A stretch of 43,892 bases of DNA from Bacilli bacterium (lineage in GTDB: Bacteria > Bacillota_I > Bacilli_A > RFN20 > CAG-826). Position 1 is the first letter of the stretch, and each line of letters begins with the position of its first letter. The stretch lies in contig JAFVCC010000051.1 in NCBI GenBank assembly GCA_017479485.1, forward strand, positions 1 through 43,892. The letters run 5' to 3'. Shown here piece by piece: positions 10,101 to 18,762 of this stretch. The translations under genes were made by a program, and so were the position numbers. The notes beneath the pieces are model-generated. The model was not told the DNA's origin and ran no database searches. It was given only the letters and a program-made list of their open reading frames with translations.

Positions 10101-11345
10101 GCGAAGGCCCTCAGCGGCACCTATGACGCCGAAGCCAACAACATCATGATCGGCTCGAACAAAGACGTCGCCTCCAAGACCCAGTGGTACTATGGCCGTC
10201 TCGCCGCTCAGCGCGAACTCTTCGCCGCTGCCAACACCCTAAACAATAAGAACGGCGTCAACACCGCCAACTACGCGGTCAATACGACCACCAGCATCGC
10301 GCTGACCCAAGGCGTCGCCGCGAGCAACGTCAGCGTCGCCATGGATGCCGCGGACCTTAACGGCCGCAGCGCCAAATACGCCATCACCAGTGGCGAACTC
10401 CCGGCTGGACTAAACCTCAACGCCAACACCGGCGCCATCACTGGCACGACGGTTGTTGCGGGCGACTTCAACATCACCGTTACCGCCACCATCGACGGTT
10501 ACATCAGCGCATCCCACAAGTACAAGCTCGAGATTGCGAGCGCCTTCGCCATCGCGGGCAACGAAGGAACCGTCGGCGAGGAATTCAACTGCACGATCGA
10601 CTCCGAAATCGTCACCGCCAACAAGTACACCTCCAGCTTGAAGTACAACCTCATCGAAGGCGAGCTCCCCGCGGGCCTCGCGCTTGATGGCGACACCATC
10701 GTCGGCACCCCGACGGAAGCGGGCACCTTCAAGATCAAGATCAACGTCGTCGGCCAATATAGGAATGGCCGCACGACTTACACCGACACTTATCCGCTGG
10801 AAATCACCCTCGTGATCGCGGAAGGCGAACCGGGCGTCCTACCTCCCGAACCCGTCGTCATCACCGACGTCGAAACCGGCGAAGACGGCAGCCTCATCAT
10901 CCATCTGAGCGATGGCAACGACTACATCGTTTCTAGCGGCAAAGATGGCGTTGATGGCAAGGACGGCGCCGCTGGTGCCGATGGCCTCGATGGCGTCGGA
11001 ATCGCTTCGATCGAAAAGACCGGCAGCGAAAACGGCGTTGATACCTACACCATCACCCTCACCAATGGTCAAACCTTCGTCTTCACCGTCACCAACGGCG
11101 CCGACGGCGCAGACGGCCAAGACGGCGCTCCGGGCGCCAAGGGCGACCAAGGCGAGCAGGGCCCCAAGGGCGACAAAGGCGACAAAGGCGATCAGGGCGA
11201 ACCTGGTCCTAAGGGCGACAAAGGCGACACTGGCGCGGCCGGATCTGGCTGCGGTGGCTCCATCGCTGGCGTCTCGGTCCTCGCAGCGTCTCTTGCTGCA
11301 GCCGCGGCTCTCGTCATCTTCAAGAAGAAAGAGGACGATAAATAA
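7137..11345 (+). CDS. Secreted, surface-anchored GH3 beta-glycosidase with permuted domain order, Fn3-like domain, two putative Ig domains, collagen-like stalk and C-terminal anchor
   Basis: SD AAGGAGG and GTG start; signal peptide; GH3 motifs VLLKNDG, NPSGR, YPFGYGLSYT, GRNNEYYSQD, KHMF and nucleophile VTDY; two GELPAGL repeats; Gly-X-Y runs. Confidence 0.92.
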   Translation: MFTKKAKTRKRAFLVLAGAAFAAMAVGVGASIANPISTNAINMDYKGVFTSDYSSLAEAKAAADELNVEIAAEGDVLLKNDGSLPFFGDEKISVFGRAQDSMQGATGSVSLPVALANEGFKVNPSLQSYYSSVGTSIGVEDAAFDASIEQSFALYNDAAVVIFSRGGTEGADLNTVTNEVEDNKDGDGNSYDWEHQALYDNPDDDKGAFKHYLQLTDSEEALLANVKKNFKKVVVVINTSNAMELGNLQDDPAISGIIWIGRPGSTGLRGLAKILNGEVNPSGRMVDEWMRDFTADPVWQNFGTNKQVGTEHLYDYTQELQAFGIKSPKPGSGNGMVGGDGYYGIDYDEGIYLGYKYYETVYAELLRDATIRYDRNTRKIVKKGAIIGEYNAAEAAEEWWKFAVVYPFGYGLSYTEFEEELGSIYYFDDGKKLLPTSVGPELFNSSEASGKAKVEKLYVPVKVTNTGKVAGKQVVQVYVTAPYEDGKIEKAAVNLVGFAKTSRLRPGQSETVTVEINVQDFSSFDYNDANGNDKRGYELDAGEYSIKVMKDSHRVSDSYEFNLTGDAFLELDDFSHNKAIPVFSNHDSFDTVRGNYSTNENDKYLNVNATDDAGQKLLSRTDLSVVDAQGLVITAAERKLSDDFVKSILYYTAFNTNDQANFADDKADKDAYFKDNLLTGDHEGHLSWYRTAAELDALTDGWKQVAAHEEGNADILYRLSDMAGLDYEDNVTVISGGKFDGKTPKAAWDLFMNQLTWSEIQTVINSAMRKTQAINSIGKSATNDPNGPNDYGGKYWCDETVVSSTWNVDLGEQYGIINGNIAMFSGNGGWYGPAMNTHRSPFSGRNNEYYSQDGYQGGAMAAAVIHGAQSRGINVWAKHMFMNDQEENRSRQCLFTWASEQAIREIYAKQFQMGLQEGEGSASMVAYNRIGGVVACVNYAFQTRLLRDEWGWKGVLVTDYYGNNAIQANSMDLITRTGGCLPDGTASGAKALSGTYDAEANNIMIGSNKDVASKTQWYYGRLAAQRELFAAANTLNNKNGVNTANYAVNTTTSIALTQGVAASNVSVAMDAADLNGRSAKYAITSGELPAGLNLNANTGAITGTTVVAGDFNITVTATIDGYISASHKYKLEIASAFAIAGNEGTVGEEFNCTIDSEIVTANKYTSSLKYNLIEGELPAGLALDGDTIVGTPTEAGTFKIKINVVGQYRNGRTTYTDTYPLEITLVIAEGEPGVLPPEPVVITDVETGEDGSLIIHLSDGNDYIVSSGKDGVDGKDGAAGADGLDGVGIASIEKTGSENGVDTYTITLTNGQTFVFTVTNGADGADGQDGAPGAKGDQGEQGPKGDKGDKGDQGEPGPKGDKGDTGAAGSGCGGSIAGVSVLAASLAAAAALVIFKKKEDDK
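11097..11240 (+). repeat. Collagen-like repeat of 16 Gly-X-Y triplets (a shorter run starts at 10938)
   Basis: GADGADGQDGAPGAKGDQGEQGPKGDKGDKGDQGEPGPKGDKGDTGAA. Confidence 0.9.
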
Positions 11346-11376
11346 TCATCCTTCTCGCTTCTAACCAACATTAGTG

Positions 11377-11405
11377 GCGGGGCCCTTCCACGCGAAGGGC
11401 CCCGT
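11377..11405 (+). terminator. Strong stem-loop without a U-tract (terminator or mRNA stabiliser)
   Basis: GCGGGGCCCTTC-cacgc-GAAGGGCCCCGT. Confidence 0.55.
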
Positions 11406-11470
11406 TATATCGTTTGTCGTCGTGAAATCGTCGGATTCAGGAAGACAGCAGTATTGAAAGGGAAAAACAT

Positions 11471-13321
11471 ATGAAACAGCAAAATAGAAAAGGCCTTTGG
11501 TTGCTCACCGCAGCTTCCTTGCTCGCCCTAGCCGCCTGTGGTGGCGGTAGTGGGGGCCAAGCATCTTCCACTTCACCGCAAGATGCCTCCGCAAGCGCGC
11601 CGGTCCAATCCTCGGACCAAGGGCATAAATCCGAGAGTCAGTCGACTTCCGTCGATCCGGGCACGGTTTCCTCTTCCCAAGGTGGCGATAGCAGCGTCCC
11701 CGCCGCGATGGTATCCGTGACCTTCAATTTCAATTACCCCGGCTCGAAGCCCACCCAAGTGAAAGTGGAAGCGGGCTCTACCGTCGAAAAACCCGCCGAT
11801 CCGGTCCGCGAAGGATATGGCTTCACGGGTTGGTATACGGAAATCGGCTGCGTGAACCTCTTCGATTTCAACACCCCGATCGCGAAGAACACCGTCTTGT
11901 TCGCGGGGTGGTCGGAATCGAACCTCACCGTTTCCTTTAACTACAATTACGTCGGCGCGCCTGCGATTACGACCGTCACCGTCGCCAAAGGCAGCTCCGT
12001 CCAAAAGCCCGATGATCCCGAACGCGAGAACTATGCGTTCGAGGGCTGGTACCTCGAAGCCGCGGGCGAGCATGAATACGACTTCAACCTTCCCGTCATG
12101 GAATCGTTCACCCTTTACGCGAAGTGGACGCTTTCCGTGGCGACGGTCACCTTCGACCTTGGCTATGAGACCGAGAATCGGACGAGCACCGTCTCCGTGC
12201 GCATCGGCGAAGCGGTGACCGCGCCAATAGAGCCGCGCCGCGAAGGATATGACTTCCTGGGCTGGTTCCGCGCCGCGAACGATTCGGTCGCCTATGATTT
12301 CTCGAGCATCGTCTCCGATAGCTTCACGCTGACCGCGAAATGGGAAATCATCGTCCTGACTGTCACCTTCAATTACAACTACGCCGGCGCGACGAGCTCC
12401 ACCGTCAACGTCAATTATGGCGAGAAGGTCGATGAGCCTGCGAATACCCGCACCGGCTACATCTGTGCCTGGATGCTTGGTGATGCGGAATTCGACTTCG
12501 ATACGCCCATTACCGAAAGCATCATCCTCGTGGCGTCCTGGACCGCCGAATCGAGCGATTCCTATACCTATACCTATTACTATAACTACACGGGCGCTCC
12601 GAATAATGGCGTCTATAAGACCGACAGCGTCAAAAAGCAAGCCAAGCCTTCCCGTCCGAGCGATCCCACCCGCGATGGCTATTACTTCTCGGGCTGGTAT
12701 ACCGATGCGGATTGCACGACCGCATTCAACTTCAACGCCCGCGCCACCTCGGCGCAAAGCGCCTATGCGAAGTGGCTCGACATCTATACCCTCGAGGCGG
12801 AATACATCGACCTCGATGGCAAGATGGGATTCGGCTTCTCGGTGAACCTGACCGGCACCGACCTCATCTATCCCGCGAATGGCTCGCAAGCCAGCAACGG
12901 CTACTACGTCTCGGGCATGTATTACGAGAACGCGGAGCTCGAATTCGACTTCAACGTCGATAAAGACGTGGACGACGCGGTCATCATCATGCGCATCCAG
13001 TGCGAGTTCGACACCAAGACCTTTAACCCCGACACCTATACGGTCGAGATCAATGGCGTGGCCCTCGACTACGAGGAAATCACCATCGAAGGGCTTGAGG
13101 AAGATACCCGTTCGGATGTCCGCCGTCCGTTCATCAACGTCCAGATGAACGACCGCGCCGTCTTGAACAAAGGCCCCAACGTCCTTAAGCTCATCACCAC
13201 CAATAGTGTCTACCATGGCAACACCCGCCAGGCCGACGCGCCGATGCTCGACTGCGTCTACGTCGCTACCGATGCGAAGCTGACCTGGTCGCCCAAAGTG
13301 TCCAACCTTGAAGGAAAATAA
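11471..13321 (+). CDS. Lipoprotein with five InlB B-type (Listeria-Bacteroides) repeats and a CBM6/35-like C-terminal domain
   Basis: Lipobox LAAC, Ser-rich linker, five repeats of the form VTF....P.REGY.F.GWY...AKW, then TLEAEY starting a beta-rich domain. Confidence 0.8.
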   Translation: MKQQNRKGLWLLTAASLLALAACGGGSGGQASSTSPQDASASAPVQSSDQGHKSESQSTSVDPGTVSSSQGGDSSVPAAMVSVTFNFNYPGSKPTQVKVEAGSTVEKPADPVREGYGFTGWYTEIGCVNLFDFNTPIAKNTVLFAGWSESNLTVSFNYNYVGAPAITTVTVAKGSSVQKPDDPERENYAFEGWYLEAAGEHEYDFNLPVMESFTLYAKWTLSVATVTFDLGYETENRTSTVSVRIGEAVTAPIEPRREGYDFLGWFRAANDSVAYDFSSIVSDSFTLTAKWEIIVLTVTFNYNYAGATSSTVNVNYGEKVDEPANTRTGYICAWMLGDAEFDFDTPITESIILVASWTAESSDSYTYTYYYNYTGAPNNGVYKTDSVKKQAKPSRPSDPTRDGYYFSGWYTDADCTTAFNFNARATSAQSAYAKWLDIYTLEAEYIDLDGKMGFGFSVNLTGTDLIYPANGSQASNGYYVSGMYYENAELEFDFNVDKDVDDAVIIMRIQCEFDTKTFNPDTYTVEINGVALDYEEITIEGLEEDTRSDVRRPFINVQMNDRAVLNKGPNVLKLITTNSVYHGNTRQADAPMLDCVYVATDAKLTWSPKVSNLEGK

Positions 13322-13322
13322 T

Positions 13323-13760
13323 ATGTTTGCTCTTATTCTCAAGAACTTGAAGGAGAACATCGTCTCCTATATCTTCGTGGGAATCGGCATCGCGTTATCA
13401 CTGCTCGTCTGCTTCTATTACCCGGCGACGGGCGTGACCGCCTTCACCCCGAAGATCAACCCATCCATCGTCATTTTCTCCGCAATTTCTGCGGGAATTG
13501 GCATTATTAGCTTCTGCGCAGGCTTTAAAACCGTGAAGTATTTGGCCTTCGTCATGGGCTTGTTCGCCTTCCTTTCTTACGCCAGGGAGGAGGTCACCTA
13601 CGTCGCGAACATCTTCACGGGTATCGACGGAACCTCGTTCTCGCTGGAATTCATCCTCACGTTTGTCTTCCTCATCGTCGCGATGCTCGCGTTCCTCCTT
13701 GGGGGAATCATCCAGAAGGAGATCCTGTTCCAGAAGAAACCCGCCGCGAAGGAGAACTAA
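13323..13760 (+). CDS. Hypothetical 4-TM membrane protein
   Basis: Four hydrophobic stretches; AAGGA before ATG 13323; tightly packed in the operon. Confidence 0.75.
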   Translation: MFALILKNLKENIVSYIFVGIGIALSLLVCFYYPATGVTAFTPKINPSIVIFSAISAGIGIISFCAGFKTVKYLAFVMGLFAFLSYAREEVTYVANIFTGIDGTSFSLEFILTFVFLIVAMLAFLLGGIIQKEILFQKKPAAKEN

Positions 13761-13763
13761 ACC

Positions 13764-16673
13764 ATGAATGTCATCAAATCCGTAAAACTTTGGCGCACCC
13801 TCTTCGTGGTGTCCGCAAGCTTCCTCGCCGTGGCGCTCGTAGGCGGACAAATCGCCTACGATCAGTCCGCCGCTATTAATTCCGCCTTCAACCTCAAGAC
13901 CTACGAGGTCATCAAGGGCGACGATACGGGCGAGGACACCGAGTACTTCAAACGCGAATATACCGATCCGGAAAAGCTCAAGGCGTATACCGATTCCGTC
14001 TGCCGTGAGCTCGAGCGGGAAGGCATGGTGCTCTTGAAGAACGAAAACGCTGCTTTGCCTTTGGCCGCAGGCAATAAAATCTCCTTGTTCGGCCAGGGAT
14101 CCGTCCAACTGAACTACGGCGCGACGGGTTCCTCCTCCACCGATACCTCGGGCATCGCGAACCTCAAGACTGCCCTTTCATCTTTCGAGGTGAACCCAAC
14201 ACTTTGGGACTTCTACCAAAGCGGCGCAGCTTCGGGGTATCGGAGAGGAAAGCCCGGCCTGATCTACAAGATGAACGAGGCCCCTTGGAGCGAATATGGC
14301 TCGGTGATGTCCTCCTTCAGCGCCTATGGCGACGCGGCCATCTACGTCCTTAGCCGCGATTCGGGCGAAGGCATGGACCTTTCCACCGTCAATAGCGATT
14401 GCGAAGGCGGCGTCTACCTCAACCTCCACGCGAATGAGCGCGAGGTCTTGAAGCAACTAAGCGCCTTAAAGGCTTCGGGCACCTTCAAGAAAGTCGTATT
14501 GCTCATCAATTCGCCCGTTCCCGTCCAACTCGACTTCATGTTCGACGCGGACATCGACATCGATTCCGCATTGTGGATCGGCAACCTCGGCTCCACCGGC
14601 GTCTACGCGATCGATGACGTCCTCTCGGGCAATGTCTCGCCTTCAGGCAGGCTTTCCGACACCTTTCTCAAAGACAACTTCGCCTCCCCCGCGGCGGCGA
14701 CTTGGGGATTAAACGCGAACAAGTCCTTCGCCCTTCCCTATAGCAACGCGGGCGATTACCCGGGCTTCAACAACACCCAGAACACCTATGCCGTCTACAC
14801 CGAAGGCATCTATGTCGGTTACCGTTATTTCGAGACCCGTTACGCGGACGTCTTAATGGGATCCCCGCGCGCTGGGGCCTTCGATTATGACGCGAAGGTC
14901 GCTTACCCCTTCGGGCACGGCCTCTCCTATACCGATTTCTATTATTCGGGATTCGCGATGGAGGAGAAGGAGGACCATTTCCTCTTCACGGTCGACGTCA
15001 TGAACATCGGCGGCGTCAAAGGGAAAGAAGCGGTGCAGCTCTACCTACAAAAGCCTTATACCGACTATGACCGCGAGCATGGCGTGGAGAAATCCGCCGT
15101 CGAGCTCGTCGCCTTCGAAAAGACGGGCGAACTCGATACCGGTGACTCCGAGACCATCACCTTGCGCGTCGAGAAGGAACAACTAAAGTCCTACGACGCG
15201 AACTACGCGAAGACCTACATCGTCGACGAAGGCGACTATTACTTCGCCTTGGGTAGCAACGCCCATAACGCCCTCAACAACATCCTCGACGCCCAAGGAA
15301 TCCTCACCGCCGACTTCTACGTCGACCCGACCCTTGTGGCGACCTACCACCAAGCTGCCTTCGACAAGGAGACCTATAGTCATTCCCCCGTCAACAAAGA
15401 GCAGGCGATTACCAACCGCTTCGACTTCTCGGACATCAACAAATACGAGGGGCGTGGAAGCAATTCCGTGACTTACGCGAGCCGTAACGACTGGGAGGGG
15501 ACCTTCCCGAAAGCGTCGGAAATCCTCTCCATTTCCCCCGCGATGGAAAAGGACATCCTAAGCTACAAACCCTTGCCGGAGAACGATGGCTCGACCATGC
15601 CGACCTATGGCAAGGACAATGGCCTTTCCTTGATTTCCTTCCGCTCCACCCCAAGCAAACCCGTTCCTTACGATGATCCCAAGTGGCAGGACCTCCTCGA
15701 TCAGATGACGTTTGCTGAGCAAGCGTTGCTCATCACCGACGGCCAGCACAATACTTCCCGCGTCACTTCGGTCAATAAACCTGCGACCAAGGACGAGAAC
15801 GGCCCTAACGGCGTCTCGGGTTCCTCCACCAAGGCGAGCTTCCCCTCCGAGGGCATCTGGGCGGCGACCTTCAACAAAGACTTGCTCGAGGAAGTGGGCA
15901 AATGCCTCGCCGAAGACGCCTTAGCCGTCGGCATCACCGGCATCTATGGCCCTGGCGTCAATTTGCACCGCGCCCCCTTTGGCGGACGCGCCCATGAATA
16001 CTTCTCCGAAGATCCTTATCTCATGGCGTTATGCTCCGTCAAGGAGACGATCGGCATGCAGAGCAAAGGCGTCGTCACTTACGTGAAGCACTTCGTCGCC
16101 AACGACGAAGAGACCAACCGCAACGGCGTCGCCATCTGGCTCAACGAGCAGGAAATGCGCGAAATCGTGCTGCTGCCGTTTGAGTATTCCTTCCGTCCCG
16201 ACATGGGCAACGCTCATGCGACCATGACCTCCTTCAACCGCATCGGTTGCCTCTGGACGAGCGCCAGCAGCGCCCTCATGGAGACGGTCTTACGCGACGA
16301 GTGGGGGTTCGATGGCTTCGCGATCACCGACATGGCCTCCTCCAACGCGAAGACGTTCATGACTTTCGTCGATGGCATCGCAAACGGCACCAGCCTCTAC
16401 GATGGCGCGGGCAGCGAGAAAGCGCTCGACGATTACCACAACAACGCCTTCTTCGCGAACAAGATGCGCGAAGCCTGCCACCGCATCCTCTATGTCACCG
16501 CGAACTATAGCGCGGCGATGAATGGCATCTCCGCTGCCGACCGCATCGTCCCGCTCATTACTTGGTGGGAAGCGACGGTCATCGGCCTACGCATTGGCTT
16601 TGGCGTCCTTAGTGGCGCGACCTTGGCTCTGATGGGCGTGGCCGCCTTCTTAAGGCGCAAAGAAATCGCCTAA
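13764..16673 (+). CDS. Membrane-anchored GH3 beta-glycosidase, permuted order
   Basis: VLLKNE, SPSGRL, YPFGHGLSYT, GRAHEYFSEDP, KHFV and ITDM motifs; N- and C-terminal hydrophobic helices. Confidence 0.92.
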   Translation: MNVIKSVKLWRTLFVVSASFLAVALVGGQIAYDQSAAINSAFNLKTYEVIKGDDTGEDTEYFKREYTDPEKLKAYTDSVCRELEREGMVLLKNENAALPLAAGNKISLFGQGSVQLNYGATGSSSTDTSGIANLKTALSSFEVNPTLWDFYQSGAASGYRRGKPGLIYKMNEAPWSEYGSVMSSFSAYGDAAIYVLSRDSGEGMDLSTVNSDCEGGVYLNLHANEREVLKQLSALKASGTFKKVVLLINSPVPVQLDFMFDADIDIDSALWIGNLGSTGVYAIDDVLSGNVSPSGRLSDTFLKDNFASPAAATWGLNANKSFALPYSNAGDYPGFNNTQNTYAVYTEGIYVGYRYFETRYADVLMGSPRAGAFDYDAKVAYPFGHGLSYTDFYYSGFAMEEKEDHFLFTVDVMNIGGVKGKEAVQLYLQKPYTDYDREHGVEKSAVELVAFEKTGELDTGDSETITLRVEKEQLKSYDANYAKTYIVDEGDYYFALGSNAHNALNNILDAQGILTADFYVDPTLVATYHQAAFDKETYSHSPVNKEQAITNRFDFSDINKYEGRGSNSVTYASRNDWEGTFPKASEILSISPAMEKDILSYKPLPENDGSTMPTYGKDNGLSLISFRSTPSKPVPYDDPKWQDLLDQMTFAEQALLITDGQHNTSRVTSVNKPATKDENGPNGVSGSSTKASFPSEGIWAATFNKDLLEEVGKCLAEDALAVGITGIYGPGVNLHRAPFGGRAHEYFSEDPYLMALCSVKETIGMQSKGVVTYVKHFVANDEETNRNGVAIWLNEQEMREIVLLPFEYSFRPDMGNAHATMTSFNRIGCLWTSASSALMETVLRDEWGFDGFAITDMASSNAKTFMTFVDGIANGTSLYDGAGSEKALDDYHNNAFFANKMREACHRILYVTANYSAAMNGISAADRIVPLITWWEATVIGLRIGFGVLSGATLALMGVAAFLRRKEIA

Positions 16674-16692
16674 GCGATATCTCCAACCGATT

Positions 16693-16730
16693 GCCTCAGG
16701 GACACGCCGGTTCCTTGGGGCTTTCTTTTT
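16693..16730 (+). terminator. Intrinsic terminator
   Basis: GCCTCAGGGA...TCCTTGGGGC stem with G-U pairs, followed by TTTCTTTTT. Confidence 0.65.
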
Positions 16731-16761
16731 GCTTGAAACCTCGAGCAGGATGATGAATGAG

Positions 16762-17586
16762 CTATCTTTCTTCAATCGCTAAAGCTTTTCGCTTCTCGAG
16801 CAAATGGTATAGACTCATGAGTCCGCTTAGCCCCAATAGGCCCATCGGAATAAATAGAGTGAAGAATAACGACACCGCATAAAGGTGGTTGTCTTTCCCC
16901 CTGATGCCATACCAACTTAACGAAGCGATATCGCTTTGGACGTTCGAAGATAAGGCGCCGAAAAAGAATAGAAGGGAGAGGCATAAAAAGGAAATGAGGA
17001 GGGATTTACGGAGATTTCCCTTCTTTTCTTTCCTCCAAGCGAGAAGCAATAACCCACCCATAAAGGCAACGAAAACATAGCTTAAGTAGGGGAAGGGCAG
17101 GAAAGAAGAGCCAATCGAGGCCCCAAGGCAAAGCAATGCGCCAAGAAGAAAGGACCAACGTTTCTTCGCTAGGGGGAGGAACAAAGGAACGATTCCTCCG
17201 AGTAAAGAAAGAATCACTGCAATTACCGAAGGAAGAACGGTGGGGATAAGAAGTTCCTTCACCGAAGTAGGCTCGATGATGGCTTGCCCATAGTCGAGAG
17301 ATAAGGCGGCGCGCAATGCGTTAGCGATGCGCTCCGATGCGCTGAGTAGATGGTAGGAGTAACGCTCCCCTTCGACGAAGACGTCGATCTCGCCTTCCTC
17401 GACGCGGACGAGGTGGCCGAGGCGCGACTGCTCCGCGACGCTAGAGAGAAACTCCTCATAGCTTGTTCCTAGCGGTATGGCTTCGCTTTCCCCTAAGGAA
17501 TAAAACCATAGGCAAAGAAGAAAGCATAACCCCGCCATCGCGGAGAAGGCGGAAACGTAGGATATGATGCGCAAGGCTTTCTTCAT
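16762..17586 (-). CDS. Hypothetical multi-pass membrane protein
   Basis: 274-aa ORF with an N-terminal TM helix, a loop and about five further TM segments; TATAAT just upstream on the minus strand. Confidence 0.7.
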   Translation of the reverse strand: MKKALRIISYVSAFSAMAGLCFLLCLWFYSLGESEAIPLGTSYEEFLSSVAEQSRLGHLVRVEEGEIDVFVEGERYSYHLLSASERIANALRAALSLDYGQAIIEPTSVKELLIPTVLPSVIAVILSLLGGIVPLFLPLAKKRWSFLLGALLCLGASIGSSFLPFPYLSYVFVAFMGGLLLLAWRKEKKGNLRKSLLISFLCLSLLFFFGALSSNVQSDIASLSWYGIRGKDNHLYAVSLFFTLFIPMGLLGLSGLMSLYHLLEKRKALAIEER

Positions 17587-17704
17587 AAGCGACCCATATT
17601 ATAAGGAACATAAAGAGCGAATTGCTGTCTTGATTTGCCCTTCGCCTCCTTGCCCTAAGCAAACGCGCAACGTAAAATGCACTTATTCCGATTCGGAGTG
17701 CTCC

Positions 17705-18643
17705 ATGAAACGCAAATTCACCTTAACCGAGGAACAAAAGCGCACCATCTTCAGCGTCGCCACCAGCATCGTCTCGATGGGCGTCCTCTTTTTGTCCTTA
17801 ACCACCCTCAACTACCTCGTTACCGAAGAAGGTGTTCCCGATAAGCTCCCGATTTTCCTCTTTGGCATTTTCGCCGTGATCGCGGCAAGCCGCGTCCTGC
17901 TCGTTTTCAAGGCCCATGCCGAAAAGGACAAGTTTGAGTTCATCAAGAACATCGTCCTCGCCTCAATCTACTTCATCCAGGGCTTGCTTTATTTTCTCTT
18001 GCCCATGGGTTCCATTTCCTATGGCCCTTTAAGCGTGTTCTACCTCCTCACTTTGGCGGCCAACCGCATCTGCCTTTGCTTCCAACACCGCAAAGTCTCC
18101 TCCTACATCTTCAATGGCTCCCTCGCCTTGGTGCTCCTCCTTCTTGGGATGTCGACCCTATTCAGCATGAACCCCGAGGAATTCGCCTTGCTCCTCATCC
18201 TTGACCTCACCGCTATCATGATCGTCTCTCTCATCGATACCCTTTCTTTCGCGTTATCGCGAATGAAACTAAAGGGCATCATGAAGATTATGCGCAAGAC
18301 CTATGCCTTCGAAATCTTCTATGGTTTCATCGTCTTGATTCTAAGCTGTTCCTATTATTTCACGTTGATGGAACCCGGCATCAATAGCTATGGCGATGCC
18401 CTATGGTATTCCTTTGCCGTGGTGACCACGATCGGCTTTGGTGACTTCACCGTGGTAAGTCCCATCTCGCGCATCCTCTCGGTGATCTTAGGCTTCTATG
18501 GAGTCATCGTCGTGGCGGTGCTCACCAGTATCATCGTCAACTTCTATAACGACACCAAAGACAGCAAGCCGGTCGAGACTCCCAAAGAAGAAAGCAAAGA
18601 AAATCTAGAAGAGCCCAAGCAAGAAGAAACCCCGAAAGAATAA
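17705..18643 (+). CDS. Potassium channel family protein (KcsA-like pore with extra N-terminal TM region)
   Basis: Pore helix and filter YGDALWYSFAVVTTIGFGD; GGAG before ATG 17705. Confidence 0.88.
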   Translation: MKRKFTLTEEQKRTIFSVATSIVSMGVLFLSLTTLNYLVTEEGVPDKLPIFLFGIFAVIAASRVLLVFKAHAEKDKFEFIKNIVLASIYFIQGLLYFLLPMGSISYGPLSVFYLLTLAANRICLCFQHRKVSSYIFNGSLALVLLLLGMSTLFSMNPEEFALLLILDLTAIMIVSLIDTLSFALSRMKLKGIMKIMRKTYAFEIFYGFIVLILSCSYYFTLMEPGINSYGDALWYSFAVVTTIGFGDFTVVSPISRILSVILGFYGVIVVAVLTSIIVNFYNDTKDSKPVETPKEESKENLEEPKQEETPKE

Positions 18644-18667
18644 GCGCCCATTCGGCGCTTATTCTTT
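18635..18667 (+). terminator. Intrinsic terminator
   Basis: AAAGAATAAGCGCC-cattc-GGCGCTTATTCTTT. Confidence 0.75.
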
Positions 18668-18762
18668 CGCATTGCCCTCATTCTAGGTCACTTAACTCGG
18701 GATTATTTCGCATACGAGACCGCATCGCGGTAAGATAGGGGAGCAATATCGAGGTGAAGTAC

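Noticed and set aside
7938-13360. Long antisense ORFs (7938-9452, 11573-13360; also 30095-31159 and 31481-32311)
   Set aside because: Shadows of well-supported plus-strand genes with strong codon bias; no motifs or ribosome-binding sites.
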